Counted from the first letter of the stretch, positions 19,387-29,813 are shown. The stretch is DNA of 64,000 bases from Armatimonadota bacterium (GCA_041690135.1 JAWLHY010000001.1:928001-992000), one strand, 5' to 3'. Numbers and translations: made by a program. The notes: a model not told the origin generated them from the sequence alone.

Positions 19387-20840
19387 GGCTTTTTCTCCAG
19401 GCTGTTCCAGAGGTGCATGGCGGCGTAGGCGCGCCAGGGCCGCCATGGTTCGGCCAGGGTGCGGACCTGGGCCGTCGAGACGCCGCCCAGCACCTGGCGC
19501 AAGACGAGGTCGGAGGCGGGAAAAGCGTCGGGCCAGCGCAAGGCGCGTAGCGCAATGTACTGCGCTGTCCAGTCCCCAATACCCGGTAGTGCCGTGAGGC
19601 GCGCCAGCATCTGCTCGATGTCGGCTCCGGGCTCCAGGCGGATCTCGCCGCCGGCCACCGCGCGAGCCAGGGACTGAAGACTGACGGCCCGCGAGCGCGT
19701 GACGCCCAGCGCTGTCAACTCCGAGAGATCGGCTTCTGCGATCGGCTGCGGCCGGGGCGACAGGTGGGTTAAGCCCGGCTGGGGAGTAGTGATGGGTTCT
19801 CCAAAGGCGCGGACGAACCGCCCCGCCAGGGTGGTGGCGGCCCGCACGCTGATCTGCTGTCCGAGGATGGCGCGTAACCCCAGTTCGAAACCGTCGAATG
19901 CCCCCGGCACGCGCAGGCCCGGGTGCCGTTCTAGGGCCGGAGCCAGCCGCGGGTCGGCGCGGAGGTGATCTGCAATGGGAACGGGGTTCGCGTGCAGGTC
20001 AAACAGGTGCTTCACCCGGGCCAGGACCCCCATCAGCACCGGCGCCAGGGAGTGACTCACTTCCAGTTGAAGGGCGTCCTTTCCCGCCGCCGGTTCGACG
20101 GAGAGCCACCCTGCATGTTCTCCGAGGCGGACGGTGCGACAGTAGCGCTCCCCTTCCACCTGCTCTGCCCCGGCAAAAGCCCGGCCACCCAACCACCCCA
20201 GCAGTGGCTCCCAGGCCATCGGAGGGCGGTAGGTCAGCTCCAGGCGAATTGAGTCCGCTGCCGTCGGCTCCCCAGCCTCGGCCCGGCTCTTGCGCAAGTC
20301 GGAAGGCGAGAGGCGATAACGCTCCCGGAAGAGGGTGTTGAAGCGGCTCACGCTGGAGAACCCACTTGCAAAAGCCACCTCCGTGATCGGCAAAGTGGAA
20401 TCGGTCAACAGCCGCTTGGCCAGCAGTAATCGTTGCGTCTGTGCCAGCTCGATGGGAGAGAGCCCCACCTCTTCCCGCAGCACCCGCCGCAGTTGCCGGG
20501 CGCTCAAGCCCAGGTGCGTCGCCAGGTCGTCCAACGTTCCTTCGTTCAAAGCGCCATCCTCGATGCGCCGGACGGCGGCAACCGCGGCCCGGTGCGGTGC
20601 ATCGATCTGGGCCATTCCGGGCGCCAGTTCCGGGCGGCAGCGCAGGCACGGCCGGAATCCCGCCCGCTCCGCCAGGGCCGCGGAAGCGAAGAAGCGGCAG
20701 TTCTCACGGTGCGGCGTTTTGGCCGGGCAGATGGGGCGACAGTAGATACCCGTTGTCGCTACCCCAACGAAGAAGAGCCCGTCAAAGCGTGCGTCGTGTG
20801 TGGTCAAAGCCTGATAGCAGCGTTCCGAGTCGAGTAACAT
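19383..20840 (-). CDS. alkA: Ada Zn-binding/AraC - AlkA 3-methyladenine glycosylase fusion
   Basis: TGIYCRPICPA, GFRPCLRCRPE, AraC HTH, AILGQQIS, LPGIGDWTAQY, DAFPASD, WRPWRAYA. Confidence 0.93.
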   Translation of the reverse strand: MLLDSERCYQALTTHDARFDGLFFVGVATTGIYCRPICPAKTPHRENCRFFASAALAERAGFRPCLRCRPELAPGMAQIDAPHRAAVAAVRRIEDGALNEGTLDDLATHLGLSARQLRRVLREEVGLSPIELAQTQRLLLAKRLLTDSTLPITEVAFASGFSSVSRFNTLFRERYRLSPSDLRKSRAEAGEPTAADSIRLELTYRPPMAWEPLLGWLGGRAFAGAEQVEGERYCRTVRLGEHAGWLSVEPAAGKDALQLEVSHSLAPVLMGVLARVKHLFDLHANPVPIADHLRADPRLAPALERHPGLRVPGAFDGFELGLRAILGQQISVRAATTLAGRFVRAFGEPITTPQPGLTHLSPRPQPIAEADLSELTALGVTRSRAVSLQSLARAVAGGEIRLEPGADIEQMLARLTALPGIGDWTAQYIALRALRWPDAFPASDLVLRQVLGGVSTAQVRTLAEPWRPWRAYAAMHLWNSLEKKP

Positions 20841-20995
20841 ACCCCCTTCTTAGCAGATCCGGAACGGAAGTGCTCTCCGTTTTCGGACATGAAACGGGGC
20901 CGCACGCTTGTGGGAGAAGCCTGGAATTTTCTGGAACTTTTCCGCCGCGAGCGGCATCTGGTATTTAGACATTATTTAGCATCGGGACCCGCAGC

Positions 20996-22006
20996 GTGCT
21001 CAATATCCTCAATCGCCAGCCCTGTTCGCGGATCGTCGGCCTCGGCTTCGTCCTGACTTTTCTCGTCTTCCTGGCCGACTACCTGACCGGCGTCGATTCG
21101 TCGGTCCTCATCCTCTATGTGTTGCCGGTCTGCATCGTGGCGTGGTTTGCCGGACGCCGTTGGGGAGTCGTCACTTCCCTGGCGTGCGGATTGGCCTGGT
21201 TCATCGCCGATGCTCTCGTTCACCGGACAGGCTTTACCTGGATGGCGGGTTGGAACGCCGTGATGCGCGGCGGTGTATTCATCGCCCTCTCCGTTACCGT
21301 GTCGGCCCTGAGTGAATCCGCCCGCCGCAAGGAGGAGTTGCTCCATTTCATTGTCCATGACCTGCGTTCGCCGCTCACGAACGTGCTCTCCGGACTACAA
21401 ACGCTCCAGCACCATTCGGAAGGGCTGGATGAGGTCCAAAGGGAGGTCGTGGGTATTGCGGCGACCTCGGCTACCCGGATGTCGGTCCTGATCGATTCCT
21501 TGCTGGATCTCCCGCGCCTGGAGAGCCAGTCGCTGCCGCTCAAGGTCCGGACCGTTTCGAGCGACGAGATCCTGGAAGCGGCGCGCAGCCAGGTGAGCCT
21601 CTGGGCCCGGCAGAGCGGCGTCACCTTGCGGATCGAACCACATCCCGGCACTCCGCCCGTGCAAGTCGACCCGGACGTCACCGGAAGGGTGCTGGTCAAC
21701 CTGTTGGCCAACGCGCTCAAGTTCAGCCCGGTCGGGGGAACGGTGACGTTGCGGGTTGCCCCGCATGAGGAGGGCATGGTCTCCTTCAGCGTGAGCGACG
21801 AGGGCCCCGGAGTTCCCGCGGAATGGCTCGAGCGGGTGTTCGACCAGTACGCGCAGGTGGAAGGCTCCCGCGCCTCAGTCCGCGGCACCGGTCTTGGGCT
21901 TTCCTTTTGCCGGATGGCCGTCCACGCGCAGCAAGGTCGCATCTGGATGGAGAGCAGCCTGGGAAAAGGAACCACGGTCATCTTCACGGCCCCTTCGGCC
22001 GGCTAG
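20996..22006 (+). CDS. Membrane sensor histidine kinase
   Basis: N-terminal TMs, HDLRSPL, NLLANALKFS, DEGPG, GTGLGL. Confidence 0.92.
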   Translation: MLNILNRQPCSRIVGLGFVLTFLVFLADYLTGVDSSVLILYVLPVCIVAWFAGRRWGVVTSLACGLAWFIADALVHRTGFTWMAGWNAVMRGGVFIALSVTVSALSESARRKEELLHFIVHDLRSPLTNVLSGLQTLQHHSEGLDEVQREVVGIAATSATRMSVLIDSLLDLPRLESQSLPLKVRTVSSDEILEAARSQVSLWARQSGVTLRIEPHPGTPPVQVDPDVTGRVLVNLLANALKFSPVGGTVTLRVAPHEEGMVSFSVSDEGPGVPAEWLERVFDQYAQVEGSRASVRGTGLGLSFCRMAVHAQQGRIWMESSLGKGTTVIFTAPSAG

Positions 22007-22010
22007 AATC

Positions 22011-22568
22011 GTGAAACGCACGGTCACCACCTGCTACCTGGAGATGACGGACCCGGCGGACCTGCGCCCGGCCCGCGCCAGGCCGGAATTGGAGGTGGTA
22101 CGGGCCGAGATCTCCAGCCCAGAGCTTTCGCGCTACCTCTACACTGCGGTCGGCGGGCCCTGGTTCTGGACGGACCGCCTGGACTGGTCGTACTCCCGCT
22201 GGCGCGACTATCTCGACCGGCCGGAGGTCGAGACGTGGGTCGGCAGCGTTCGGGGGACGCCGGCAGGTTACTTCGAACTCGAACGACAGGCCGATGCGAA
22301 CGTAGAGATCGTCTACTTCGGGCTGCTGCCGCAGTTCATTGGCCAGGGCCTGGGCGGGTGCCTTCTGACCCGGGCGGTGGAGCGCGCGTGGGAAGGGAAC
22401 ACCCGAAGGGTTTGGGTCCACACCTGCACGCTGGACGGCCCCCTGGCCTTGCGAAACTACCTGGCCCGGGGTTTCCGCCTCTACCGCGAGGTTACCCAGG
22501 AAGCAGAACTTCCTGCCGTTCCGCCAGGCCCGTGGCCTGGCGCTGGCGCTGGCGCCGTCATCGGATGA
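22011..22568 (+). CDS. GNAT family N-acetyltransferase
   Basis: GTG start 4 bp after the kinase; YFGLLPQFIGQGLG, VWVHTCTLD, ALRNYLARGF. Confidence 0.88.
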   Translation: MKRTVTTCYLEMTDPADLRPARARPELEVVRAEISSPELSRYLYTAVGGPWFWTDRLDWSYSRWRDYLDRPEVETWVGSVRGTPAGYFELERQADANVEIVYFGLLPQFIGQGLGGCLLTRAVERAWEGNTRRVWVHTCTLDGPLALRNYLARGFRLYREVTQEAELPAVPPGPWPGAGAGAVIG

Positions 22569-22574
22569 AGGCCT

Positions 22575-22871
22575 TCAGTCTCTGCCTTTTTCGCACTCCT
22601 GCAGAGCCCGGAGAATCGCCTGCCAGCGTCGACGTTCGATCCGCTGCGTCGCGATCATGATCCCGAAGACGATGGCTACACCTAGCTGCAGGCTTCCCAG
22701 CACCAGGCGCGTAATGCCCTTCACATACGCGCCACTGTAGAGCTGGTCAACCTGGAAGCCCGCAAAGGCCTTCCACACCAGGTCGGCTAAAGTATGTCCC
22801 TCTCGGCTCCCGAAGAATGCGGCGAGTCCGACTAAGGCGAACGGATCCGGCAGTTCGTTCCACAAGTGCAC
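22575..22871 (-). CDS. Small hypothetical membrane protein (possibly a fragment)
   Basis: 98-aa ORF with hydrophobic segments and no clear RBS. Confidence 0.4.
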   Translation of the reverse strand: MHLWNELPDPFALVGLAAFFGSREGHTLADLVWKAFAGFQVDQLYSGAYVKGITRLVLGSLQLGVAIVFGIMIATQRIERRRWQAILRALQECEKGRD

Positions 22872-22937
22872 GCGGAGTCACCCAGGTGAATGCCACAGCC
22901 GGCGCCTCCACCGCGGCGGCGCCGGTAGCAGCCCTGC

Positions 22938-24245
22938 TTACTCGTGCCGGAGCGCCTGGATCGGGTTGAGCGCCGACGCTTTCATGGCCGGGTAGATCCC
23001 GAAGAAGATTCCCACGAACGCCGAGGAGCAGAATGAGATGAGCATCGGCGTCATCGTGATGTAGGTGGTGAACCCGAGACCGCCCTCGCTGTTTGGCTTG
23101 CCCATCCAGACCGCCAGCCCAATCCCGATGAGGATCCCCAGCATCCCGCCCATGAGGGAAAGGGTAACGGACTCGATCAGGAACTGGTACAGGATGTGCT
23201 TGCGCTTGGCGCCGATAGCTCGCCGGATACCGATCTCCCGCGTGCGCTCGGTCACCGTGACCAGCATGATGTTCATGATCCCGATGCCGCCCACCACCAG
23301 CGAGATGGCCGCAATGCCGGAGAGGAGCATGGTGAGAAAGCTGCTTTGCTGCGTCGCCGTCTCGAGGAGCTCCTGCTGGTTGAAAATGCGCACGCTGGGT
23401 GGATCGCCCTCCGGAACCTTGTGCGCCTTCGCCATGATCCGGTAGACCTCTTCCTCCACGTCGAGCATGCGGTCTACCGAGACAGCCGAAACACTGATGG
23501 CGCGGATGCTCTCCGTACGGAAGAGGCGACGCATCGACGTGGTAATGGGGATGCTGACCGTGTCGTCTTTGTTGGCAAAGGGTACCGCGCCCTGCTGCTT
23601 CTGCACCCCAATGACCCGGAAGCGCTTACTATTGATCAGGATCGACTTCCCAACCGCTGTCTGCGGTTGATCGTTGAACAGCTCCTCCGCAACCTCGTGG
23701 CCCAGGATAGCCACCAATGCCTTCTGCTCGATCTCCGCGGCCGTGAACATGCGCCCGACCGCTAATGGGAGGTTCCGGACCTCGAAGTACTCGGGAGTGA
23801 CCCCGTAAATGTCCGTAAGCGAATTCCGGTTCCTATACTCCACACGGATGCCGCTGTTGCGGACCTCGGGCGCTACGGCCGTGATGTAGCGCGCTTGCTT
23901 GCGGAGCATCTCCACATGCTCCAAGCGCATGTGCTCGCCGGAGCCTTGCCCCTGGCTCACACCGTTGCGGCGCAGTTCCTGCGGGCGAATGTAGAGACGG
24001 TTCGTGCCGAGCTTCTTGATCGACTCCTCCGTGGACTTCGCCGCGCCCTCTCCCAGGGCCACCATGACGATCACGGCCGAGACCCCGATGATCACGCCCA
24101 ACATCGTGAGGAAGGAGCGCATCTTGTTGGCCATCAACCCCCCCAGCGCGACCCGGAAGGGTTCCGTAAGACCCATTCCGCGATAGCGGGCGGCGGCAGG
24201 CACGGAAGGCAGCAGTGGTGTGGACGGGGATTCGAGTACGCTCAT
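22938..24245 (-). CDS. MacB/FtsX-family ABC transporter permease
   Basis: NKMRSFLTMLGVIIG, GGIGIMNIMLVTVTERTREIGIRRAIGA, GIYPAMKASALNPIQALRHE. Confidence 0.93.
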   Translation of the reverse strand: MSVLESPSTPLLPSVPAAARYRGMGLTEPFRVALGGLMANKMRSFLTMLGVIIGVSAVIVMVALGEGAAKSTEESIKKLGTNRLYIRPQELRRNGVSQGQGSGEHMRLEHVEMLRKQARYITAVAPEVRNSGIRVEYRNRNSLTDIYGVTPEYFEVRNLPLAVGRMFTAAEIEQKALVAILGHEVAEELFNDQPQTAVGKSILINSKRFRVIGVQKQQGAVPFANKDDTVSIPITTSMRRLFRTESIRAISVSAVSVDRMLDVEEEVYRIMAKAHKVPEGDPPSVRIFNQQELLETATQQSSFLTMLLSGIAAISLVVGGIGIMNIMLVTVTERTREIGIRRAIGAKRKHILYQFLIESVTLSLMGGMLGILIGIGLAVWMGKPNSEGGLGFTTYITMTPMLISFCSSAFVGIFFGIYPAMKASALNPIQALRHE

Positions 24246-24596
24246 GCGGCAGTCAGCACAGTGAGATCTAGTAGGATTGGCAAGCTCTGCCAGAAATCCG
24301 GCAACGACGATAATCCGAACCAGATCAGTTATGACCCCATTAGGGGTGTGCTGTTTCGGGAGGCGCCCCTTTCTCAAGGGAATCGCTACAGATAGCGGTT
24401 GGAGAGCGAGTAACCACCCCCCACCTGCACGACAGACCAGGTGGTGACTTGCGTCACATTACGGGAACTCGTATACTTACCCGGCTACGTAATCTAGTAA
24501 ACCTCGTGCGCAAAAAAGTTTTCCGGTCCCAAACCGGCCGCGCTGAGGACCGAGCCAAGCCGGCTCACCGCCATCATCTAATCCATTTATTTGCCT

Positions 24597-25682
24597 ATGA
24601 CACCTTTTATTCAGCTTGCTATCTCGTTCATTACGGGCGCCTCTCCGGCTCCGAAGCCGGTAGTCGCCCCGCAGCCGGTGGTCGCTCCGCAGATCGCGCC
24701 GGTTCCGTTGTTCCTGAGTGCCGTTTCCGCGGACCGGTCGGCGGCAGCCGCGCGTGTGGCTCAGACGCCGCCGAGCGCGGAGGTCGTGGCGCGTGCCCGG
24801 CAGACGGTGCAGCACCAGGCCGAGGAGGGACGGCGAGGCAAGCTGTATCACCGCTTCCGGTTCTCGGATGGTATGGAAGTCGAATTCAGCGACCGTCCGC
24901 GCCGTGGTAGGGAGCGTGCCCGTCGGGACCGTGTGGTGGTTCACGCCGGCGTGGAAACGGCGGACCGCGAGCCGGCCAGCACCTTCGAGGCCGCCGGTCG
25001 TGCCGCGGGAGTTTCCGCGGAGGCGGTGACTGCCCTGAAGTACGTCTCCGGCCACGAGGGCGGTTTCGACGCCATCAACACCTGGGACTCCGCCCGCTTT
25101 AGTTGGGGGTTCATCCAGTTCGCCGGGGGACGCGGCCTGCCGCCGCTGCTGGCCCACATGAAGGAACGCAACCCGGAACGTTTCGCGGAGTTGCTGGGCC
25201 GCTATGGCGTGGACGTGCAGCGCGATGAGAGCGGCGATCCGGAACCTGTGTATGTGAGCCCGGAGTCCGGCAAAGTGCTGCGGGGCAATGCCGCCGAGCA
25301 GGCCTATGGGGATGATCCGTTGGTGATTGCCGCGTTCATCCGCGCCGCCCGCTATCCGGAAATCAAGCAGCTTCAGATCGAGTCGGCAATCGAGAACTAC
25401 GTCGAGCCGGCGCTGGAAATGAAGTGGAAGGACGTGCCGCTGGGCCAGGTGCTCCGGACGCCCAAGACGCTGGCGCTGCTCATCGACCGGAAGGTCCACG
25501 AGGGCAACACCGCCCGGTTCCGCCGCGCGCTCGACCGCGTTTGCGCCGACCCGGCCATCGCGCCGGCCCTGGAGTCCGAAGTGGCGGCGCGTGTTGTGAG
25601 CGAGGCCGCGGCCCGCTCCGGCGCCATGATCCGCAACCGGCTGGTCAACATCTGGACCTCGGATCTTCCCGGCCCGCAGTAA
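24597..25682 (+). CDS. Hypothetical protein with a lysozyme-like (putative muralytic) domain
   Basis: HEGGFDAINTWD...SWGFIQF resembles a lysozyme-superfamily catalytic Glu plus beta-hairpin; Pro-rich N-terminus. Confidence 0.55.
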   Translation: MTPFIQLAISFITGASPAPKPVVAPQPVVAPQIAPVPLFLSAVSADRSAAAARVAQTPPSAEVVARARQTVQHQAEEGRRGKLYHRFRFSDGMEVEFSDRPRRGRERARRDRVVVHAGVETADREPASTFEAAGRAAGVSAEAVTALKYVSGHEGGFDAINTWDSARFSWGFIQFAGGRGLPPLLAHMKERNPERFAELLGRYGVDVQRDESGDPEPVYVSPESGKVLRGNAAEQAYGDDPLVIAAFIRAARYPEIKQLQIESAIENYVEPALEMKWKDVPLGQVLRTPKTLALLIDRKVHEGNTARFRRALDRVCADPAIAPALESEVAARVVSEAAARSGAMIRNRLVNIWTSDLPGPQ

Positions 25683-25917
25683 GCGGCTCCGGCCGCTTCC
25701 GCTCCGGAGTTTGGCCGACTACCTGTAGCAACAAGAATGGAAGAAGTGAATAATGGGGGAATGGATGAGCCGGGCCTCGCCGCGACTTCCATTCCCCCAT
25801 TTTCGCGCCGCTTGACTCCGAAGTGGCCTCGTACCCTGTCCTCTTGCTCCTGCTCTTACTCCTAATCCTAATCCGGCCCTCCCCACTTCATCTCGCCTTT
25901 CGTGCTCATCTATCCCA

Positions 25918-26640
25918 TCAGGGCTTCGGAGGCACCTCCCACGGATAGCGGCCCTCCGCATCCGGCCATTCGGACAGTTTCTCCGCCGGAAGCTTCTGCA
26001 CGCGCCCGTCCCAGAATGCGACCAGGGCCCGCTTGCCGGGCTTGACCGCACCGGTCCTTCGGTCCATCTCCGCATGATAGAGGCACCAGGTCACCACGGC
26101 GTTGTCGGCCGGCTCCGGCGCTGCCAGGAGCCGGCGGTCACCCGGAGTCCACTCCGCGTTGCCGGTCCAGTCCGGGCAGTAGTGGCGTTCGCAAAGCGGC
26201 GTGGAAGAGCCGGGGTTCCGCACCTGGACGTCATAGCTGCTGAAAGCGGGGATCATGGCCACGGTCCCGGTGAAGCGGTTCACTGCGGGCGCCAGTTCGT
26301 CATGGCTCCGGAACTTGACGGGGCTGTGAGAGCAAGTGAAGGAGAGCCAATCTTTAACGTACATGGGGTAGAGCCGGGTCTCCACGGTCCGGCCGTCGTA
26401 GGAGATCCCGTAGAGTGCGTCCGGAACCTCGCCATGGTCGTCCCGGTACATCTTGAGACCCTGGATCATTGCCTTCAGGTTGGACATGCACGCCCCCTGC
26501 CGGGGTCCCCGTTCGACATTGACGGTGGGCACAAGCAACGCCAGTGCGAAGATCACCCCCGTCACCACCATCAACTCCCGCAGGGTGAACCCGCGAGGCC
26601 GGTGATCCCAGGACCTGTTCCCACGCACGTGCTGGATCAT
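25918..26640 (-). CDS. Prepilin-type N-terminal cleavage/methylation domain protein
   Basis: RGFTLRELMVV + hydrophobic helix, CMSNLK..GLKMY, C-terminal H...FWDGRV. Confidence 0.8.
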   Translation of the reverse strand: MIQHVRGNRSWDHRPRGFTLRELMVVTGVIFALALLVPTVNVERGPRQGACMSNLKAMIQGLKMYRDDHGEVPDALYGISYDGRTVETRLYPMYVKDWLSFTCSHSPVKFRSHDELAPAVNRFTGTVAMIPAFSSYDVQVRNPGSSTPLCERHYCPDWTGNAEWTPGDRRLLAAPEPADNAVVTWCLYHAEMDRRTGAVKPGKRALVAFWDGRVQKLPAEKLSEWPDAEGRYPWEVPPKP

Positions 26641-26818
26641 TCCCAGACCTCTCCCCCACTGGCACTCGCAACCACCCGGCTAATTGCCTGACGCTCCGCG
26701 ATCCGCACGGGTTCCCGATCTCTTCCTGAAGGTGTGGGGGAGCTTTCCGGGAGTTCGATGTGGCGACTCCAATGATCGCCGCAATCGCCCGGTGTTTCGC
26801 GCCGCCCAGGTGCGTGAG

Positions 26819-27031
26819 GGGAGTCCGGACGCCAGTCCGGGGTTCGGAAGCGGCGGCCGCAAGGATGGCCGGACGCTAAACAGAACCGCGGAAGTCAGGT
26901 CGCCATCGGGGTCCGCGACGGGCTGAAGCCGCGCCGCTCCCGTTACCCTGCGGGGTGCCCGCCTTCGCGGGCACAGTCCGGCGAGGAGATGGGCACCCTA
27001 ATCAGCGGTTTTGTTTAGCGTCCGGACTCCC
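26819..27031. mobile_element. MITE/REP-like non-coding element with terminal inverted repeats
   Basis: 21-bp IR at 26869-26889 / 27005-27025 (1 mismatch), 14-bp IR at 26819-26832 / 27018-27031, internal hairpin at 26956-26973. Confidence 0.6.
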
Positions 27032-27165
27032 ACCCCGCGCTCTAAAAAATGGATTCGCCGGGACAGCAATCACGCCAGAGGACCGGGTGACGGCTTCCAC
27101 AGGAGGTTTCTCCGGCTGACCGTTGAAGAGATGGAGGTGCGTTGTATTCCGCTGAAGCTTTAGTG

Positions 27166-28464
27166 ATGAAAACTCCCTCCCGGTTCAAAGCGCTCCTGCC
27201 GTTCGTCGCCCTTCTTGCCGCCATTACCGCGACGGTTCAGGCCGCCCCGCCCGAGGCCCGCTGGCCGGACTTCCGCGGCCCACGCGGCGATGGTCGTGGT
27301 CCTGCGGAGGTGCACCTGCCGGTCACCTGGAGCGAAACGCAGCACGTCCGGTGGAAGGTGCCTATCCACGGCCGCGCCTGGTCCTCGCCCGTGGTGTGGG
27401 GCAACCAGGTCTGGCTCACCACGGCCACGGAGGACGGAAAGCGGATGTCGGCCCTCTGTGTGGACCGCGCGACCGGGCGCATCCTGTTGGACCGGGAGGT
27501 CTTCTCCAACGCCGACCCGGAGCCGCTGGGGCTGGGGCAAGAGGGAAACACCTACGCTTCCCCCTCACCCGTCATCGAGGCGGGGCGGGTGTACCTCCAC
27601 TTCGGCACCTACGGCACGGCCTGCCTCGACACGCACACCTTTGCCACCCTCTGGCAGCGGCGCGACCTCAACTGCACGCACTCCGTGGGCCCCGGATCCT
27701 CGCCGGTGCTCTTCCGCGACCGTCTCATCCTCACCCTCGACGGTACCGACCACCAGTACCTCGTTGCCCTGGACACGAAGACCGGTAAGACGCTCTGGAA
27801 GACGGACCGCTCCGCCAACTGGACCGTGGGCGATCCGCGCGACCGCACGCCCCAGCACGAACAGAAGAAGGCGTTCAGCACCCCGCTGCTGACCGAGTGG
27901 CAGGGGCGGCCGCTCCTCATCAGCAGCGGCGCCAAGGCGACCTACGCCTACGACCCCACCAACGGCCGGGAGTTATGGAAGGTCGCCTATAAGGGATTCT
28001 CCAACGGCTCCCGTCCGGTGGCCGGGCACGGGATGGCGTTCATCAACACCGGCTACCACCGCGCAGAGCTCTGGGCGGTGAAGTTGGGTGGCCAGGGCGA
28101 CGTCACCCGCAGCCACGTCGCCTGGTCCTACACCCGCAATGTCCCGCTGAACCCCTCGCCGGTGTTGATAGGCGACCACCTCTACCTGCTCAACCACGGA
28201 GGCATTCTCACCTGCCTCGACGCGAAGACCGGAGTGGAGGTCTGGAAAGAGCGCCTCCCCGGCACCTATACGGCCTCGCCACTCTACGCCGGCGGTTACT
28301 TCTATTGCTTCGGCGAGCGAGGCCAGGCGGCGGTCCTCAAGCCCGGGCCGCAGTTGCAGAAGGTCGCCGAGAACCAGTTGGGCGAAGGCTGCATGGCCAG
28401 CCCCGCCGTCGCCGGCGATTCCCTGGTGATCCGTACCCGCACGCACCTCTACTGCCTCAACTGA
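27166..28464 (+). CDS. Secreted PQQ-binding-like (BamB-like) beta-propeller protein
   Basis: Signal peptide, WPDFRGP, WSSPVVWG, repeated SSP/W and D..TG..W blades. Confidence 0.88.
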   Translation: MKTPSRFKALLPFVALLAAITATVQAAPPEARWPDFRGPRGDGRGPAEVHLPVTWSETQHVRWKVPIHGRAWSSPVVWGNQVWLTTATEDGKRMSALCVDRATGRILLDREVFSNADPEPLGLGQEGNTYASPSPVIEAGRVYLHFGTYGTACLDTHTFATLWQRRDLNCTHSVGPGSSPVLFRDRLILTLDGTDHQYLVALDTKTGKTLWKTDRSANWTVGDPRDRTPQHEQKKAFSTPLLTEWQGRPLLISSGAKATYAYDPTNGRELWKVAYKGFSNGSRPVAGHGMAFINTGYHRAELWAVKLGGQGDVTRSHVAWSYTRNVPLNPSPVLIGDHLYLLNHGGILTCLDAKTGVEVWKERLPGTYTASPLYAGGYFYCFGERGQAAVLKPGPQLQKVAENQLGEGCMASPAVAGDSLVIRTRTHLYCLN

Positions 28465-29353
28465 CGGAGAGGTGTTCTTCGATAGCCGCGATAACCGCCA
28501 GGGCGGAGTGCTCGTCCAGTTCGCTTCCGAAACGCCAGGTCTTCCCGTGGTAGTAGAAGGCGATCGTCGGTGTTACCGCGGCGGCCGGTCCCGCGGCCAC
28601 CGAGCCCCACGCCTCCCCCTTCGGAGGGCGGGAGAACCGCAGGTGCTGGATCTCGTCGAGGGCGAAGGTTCGCTCCCCCTTCCAGCTCAGCATGGACGCT
28701 TCCACCTTCAGGCCGCACGGGCTTACCGTGATCATCTCCGAACCGCCCTGCGTCCAGAGCCACCATTGGGCGGAGAAGTACATCAACAGGGCGAACGGCA
28801 CGCCCACCAGCAGCCCCACCCAGGGCCCCCAGGGAGTGGGCCCGCGCCCGAACATCCCCAGGATCGAGTTCATCAAGATAACCCCGCAAACGCAGAACCA
28901 GGCCGGCAGCACCAGGATCAGGAACCAGTTGCGCGTGGGGCCAATGTGGATCTGCAGGCCGCGTGGTCCGCGGTCGATCGCTACCCGGGAGGAGACCTTC
29001 CCTGCCAGCGCGCCCGGATCATCGAGGCGCGCCCGGCGCCGTAGCTCATCCTGCTCCAGCCGGGCCGCTTCGACCTCCCGTTCCATCCGCGCGATCAACT
29101 CCGGCTGCTTACCGGTGAGTTCGTGCGGCGGAACCCGCTGCAATTCGTCCAGGATGACGGCACCGTCCGCATAGAGGTTGCGGACCATATGGAAGCGCTG
29201 GCGGAAGTCTTCTTCGGTCCCCGGTGCGGGGATGAATCCGGTCACCATGCGGCGGGTCAGCCACTGTTCCGCGCGACCCTTGAGGGCGCCGTCGAGCCGG
29301 GCCGGGCCGGAGCGCTCCCCGGCGGAGAGAATGGGGCTTGGATTCGAGGCCAT
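28457..29353 (-). CDS. Hypothetical membrane protein
   Basis: About 300-aa ORF with two TMs and a C-terminal PH-like beta region. Confidence 0.65.
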   Translation of the reverse strand: MASNPSPILSAGERSGPARLDGALKGRAEQWLTRRMVTGFIPAPGTEEDFRQRFHMVRNLYADGAVILDELQRVPPHELTGKQPELIARMEREVEAARLEQDELRRRARLDDPGALAGKVSSRVAIDRGPRGLQIHIGPTRNWFLILVLPAWFCVCGVILMNSILGMFGRGPTPWGPWVGLLVGVPFALLMYFSAQWWLWTQGGSEMITVSPCGLKVEASMLSWKGERTFALDEIQHLRFSRPPKGEAWGSVAAGPAAAVTPTIAFYYHGKTWRFGSELDEHSALAVIAAIEEHLSVS

Positions 29354-29395
29354 CTTCAACTTCCCTGGGGACAGAACAAACTGCCCACAGGGATT

Positions 29396-29662
29396 CTAAC
29401 GGCTCCGCGAGCAGAAAGGCCTCCCTCGGTTGGCCTCCGTTTGCTCCGCCAGCCTGCCGTACTCCGCCAGCGCCAGGGCATAGGCGTGGCAAAGGTCCCG
29501 CGCCCACGGCTCCCCCTCGGCGCAAAACTGGCTCACGCGCGCCAGCCCCGTCAGAAGGCAGCGCGCTCCCGCCTCCACCTCGCCCCATCCCAGGAGGCGG
29601 CAGGCTTCCTGCACGGCGCGGCAGAGCAGCCGGTATTCTGCTGTGAGCAGTTCCTTTTCCAT
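29396..29662 (-). CDS. Small hypothetical helical protein
   Basis: 88-aa ORF with ATG start, co-oriented with its neighbours. Confidence 0.5.
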   Translation of the reverse strand: MEKELLTAEYRLLCRAVQEACRLLGWGEVEAGARCLLTGLARVSQFCAEGEPWARDLCHAYALALAEYGRLAEQTEANRGRPFCSRSR

Positions 29663-29813
29663 ACAAGCAGGTCATACCAAAGCTGCGGCAACTTCAACCG
29701 GGGGATGATGTTTCTTGGTCCCGTCCGGCAGTTCCTTCGCGGGACGGGACCTCTCGTGAATCCTCACCTGGAGGTAGGAAACGGCACCCTAGAACGCTCA
29801 TAGCGTGGAGGCG

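Noticed and set aside
14189-20840. Dedicated DNA-repair island (mutS, ogt, alkA)
   Set aside because: Common genes separated by unrelated ORFs; only alkA-ogt is evidently coupled.
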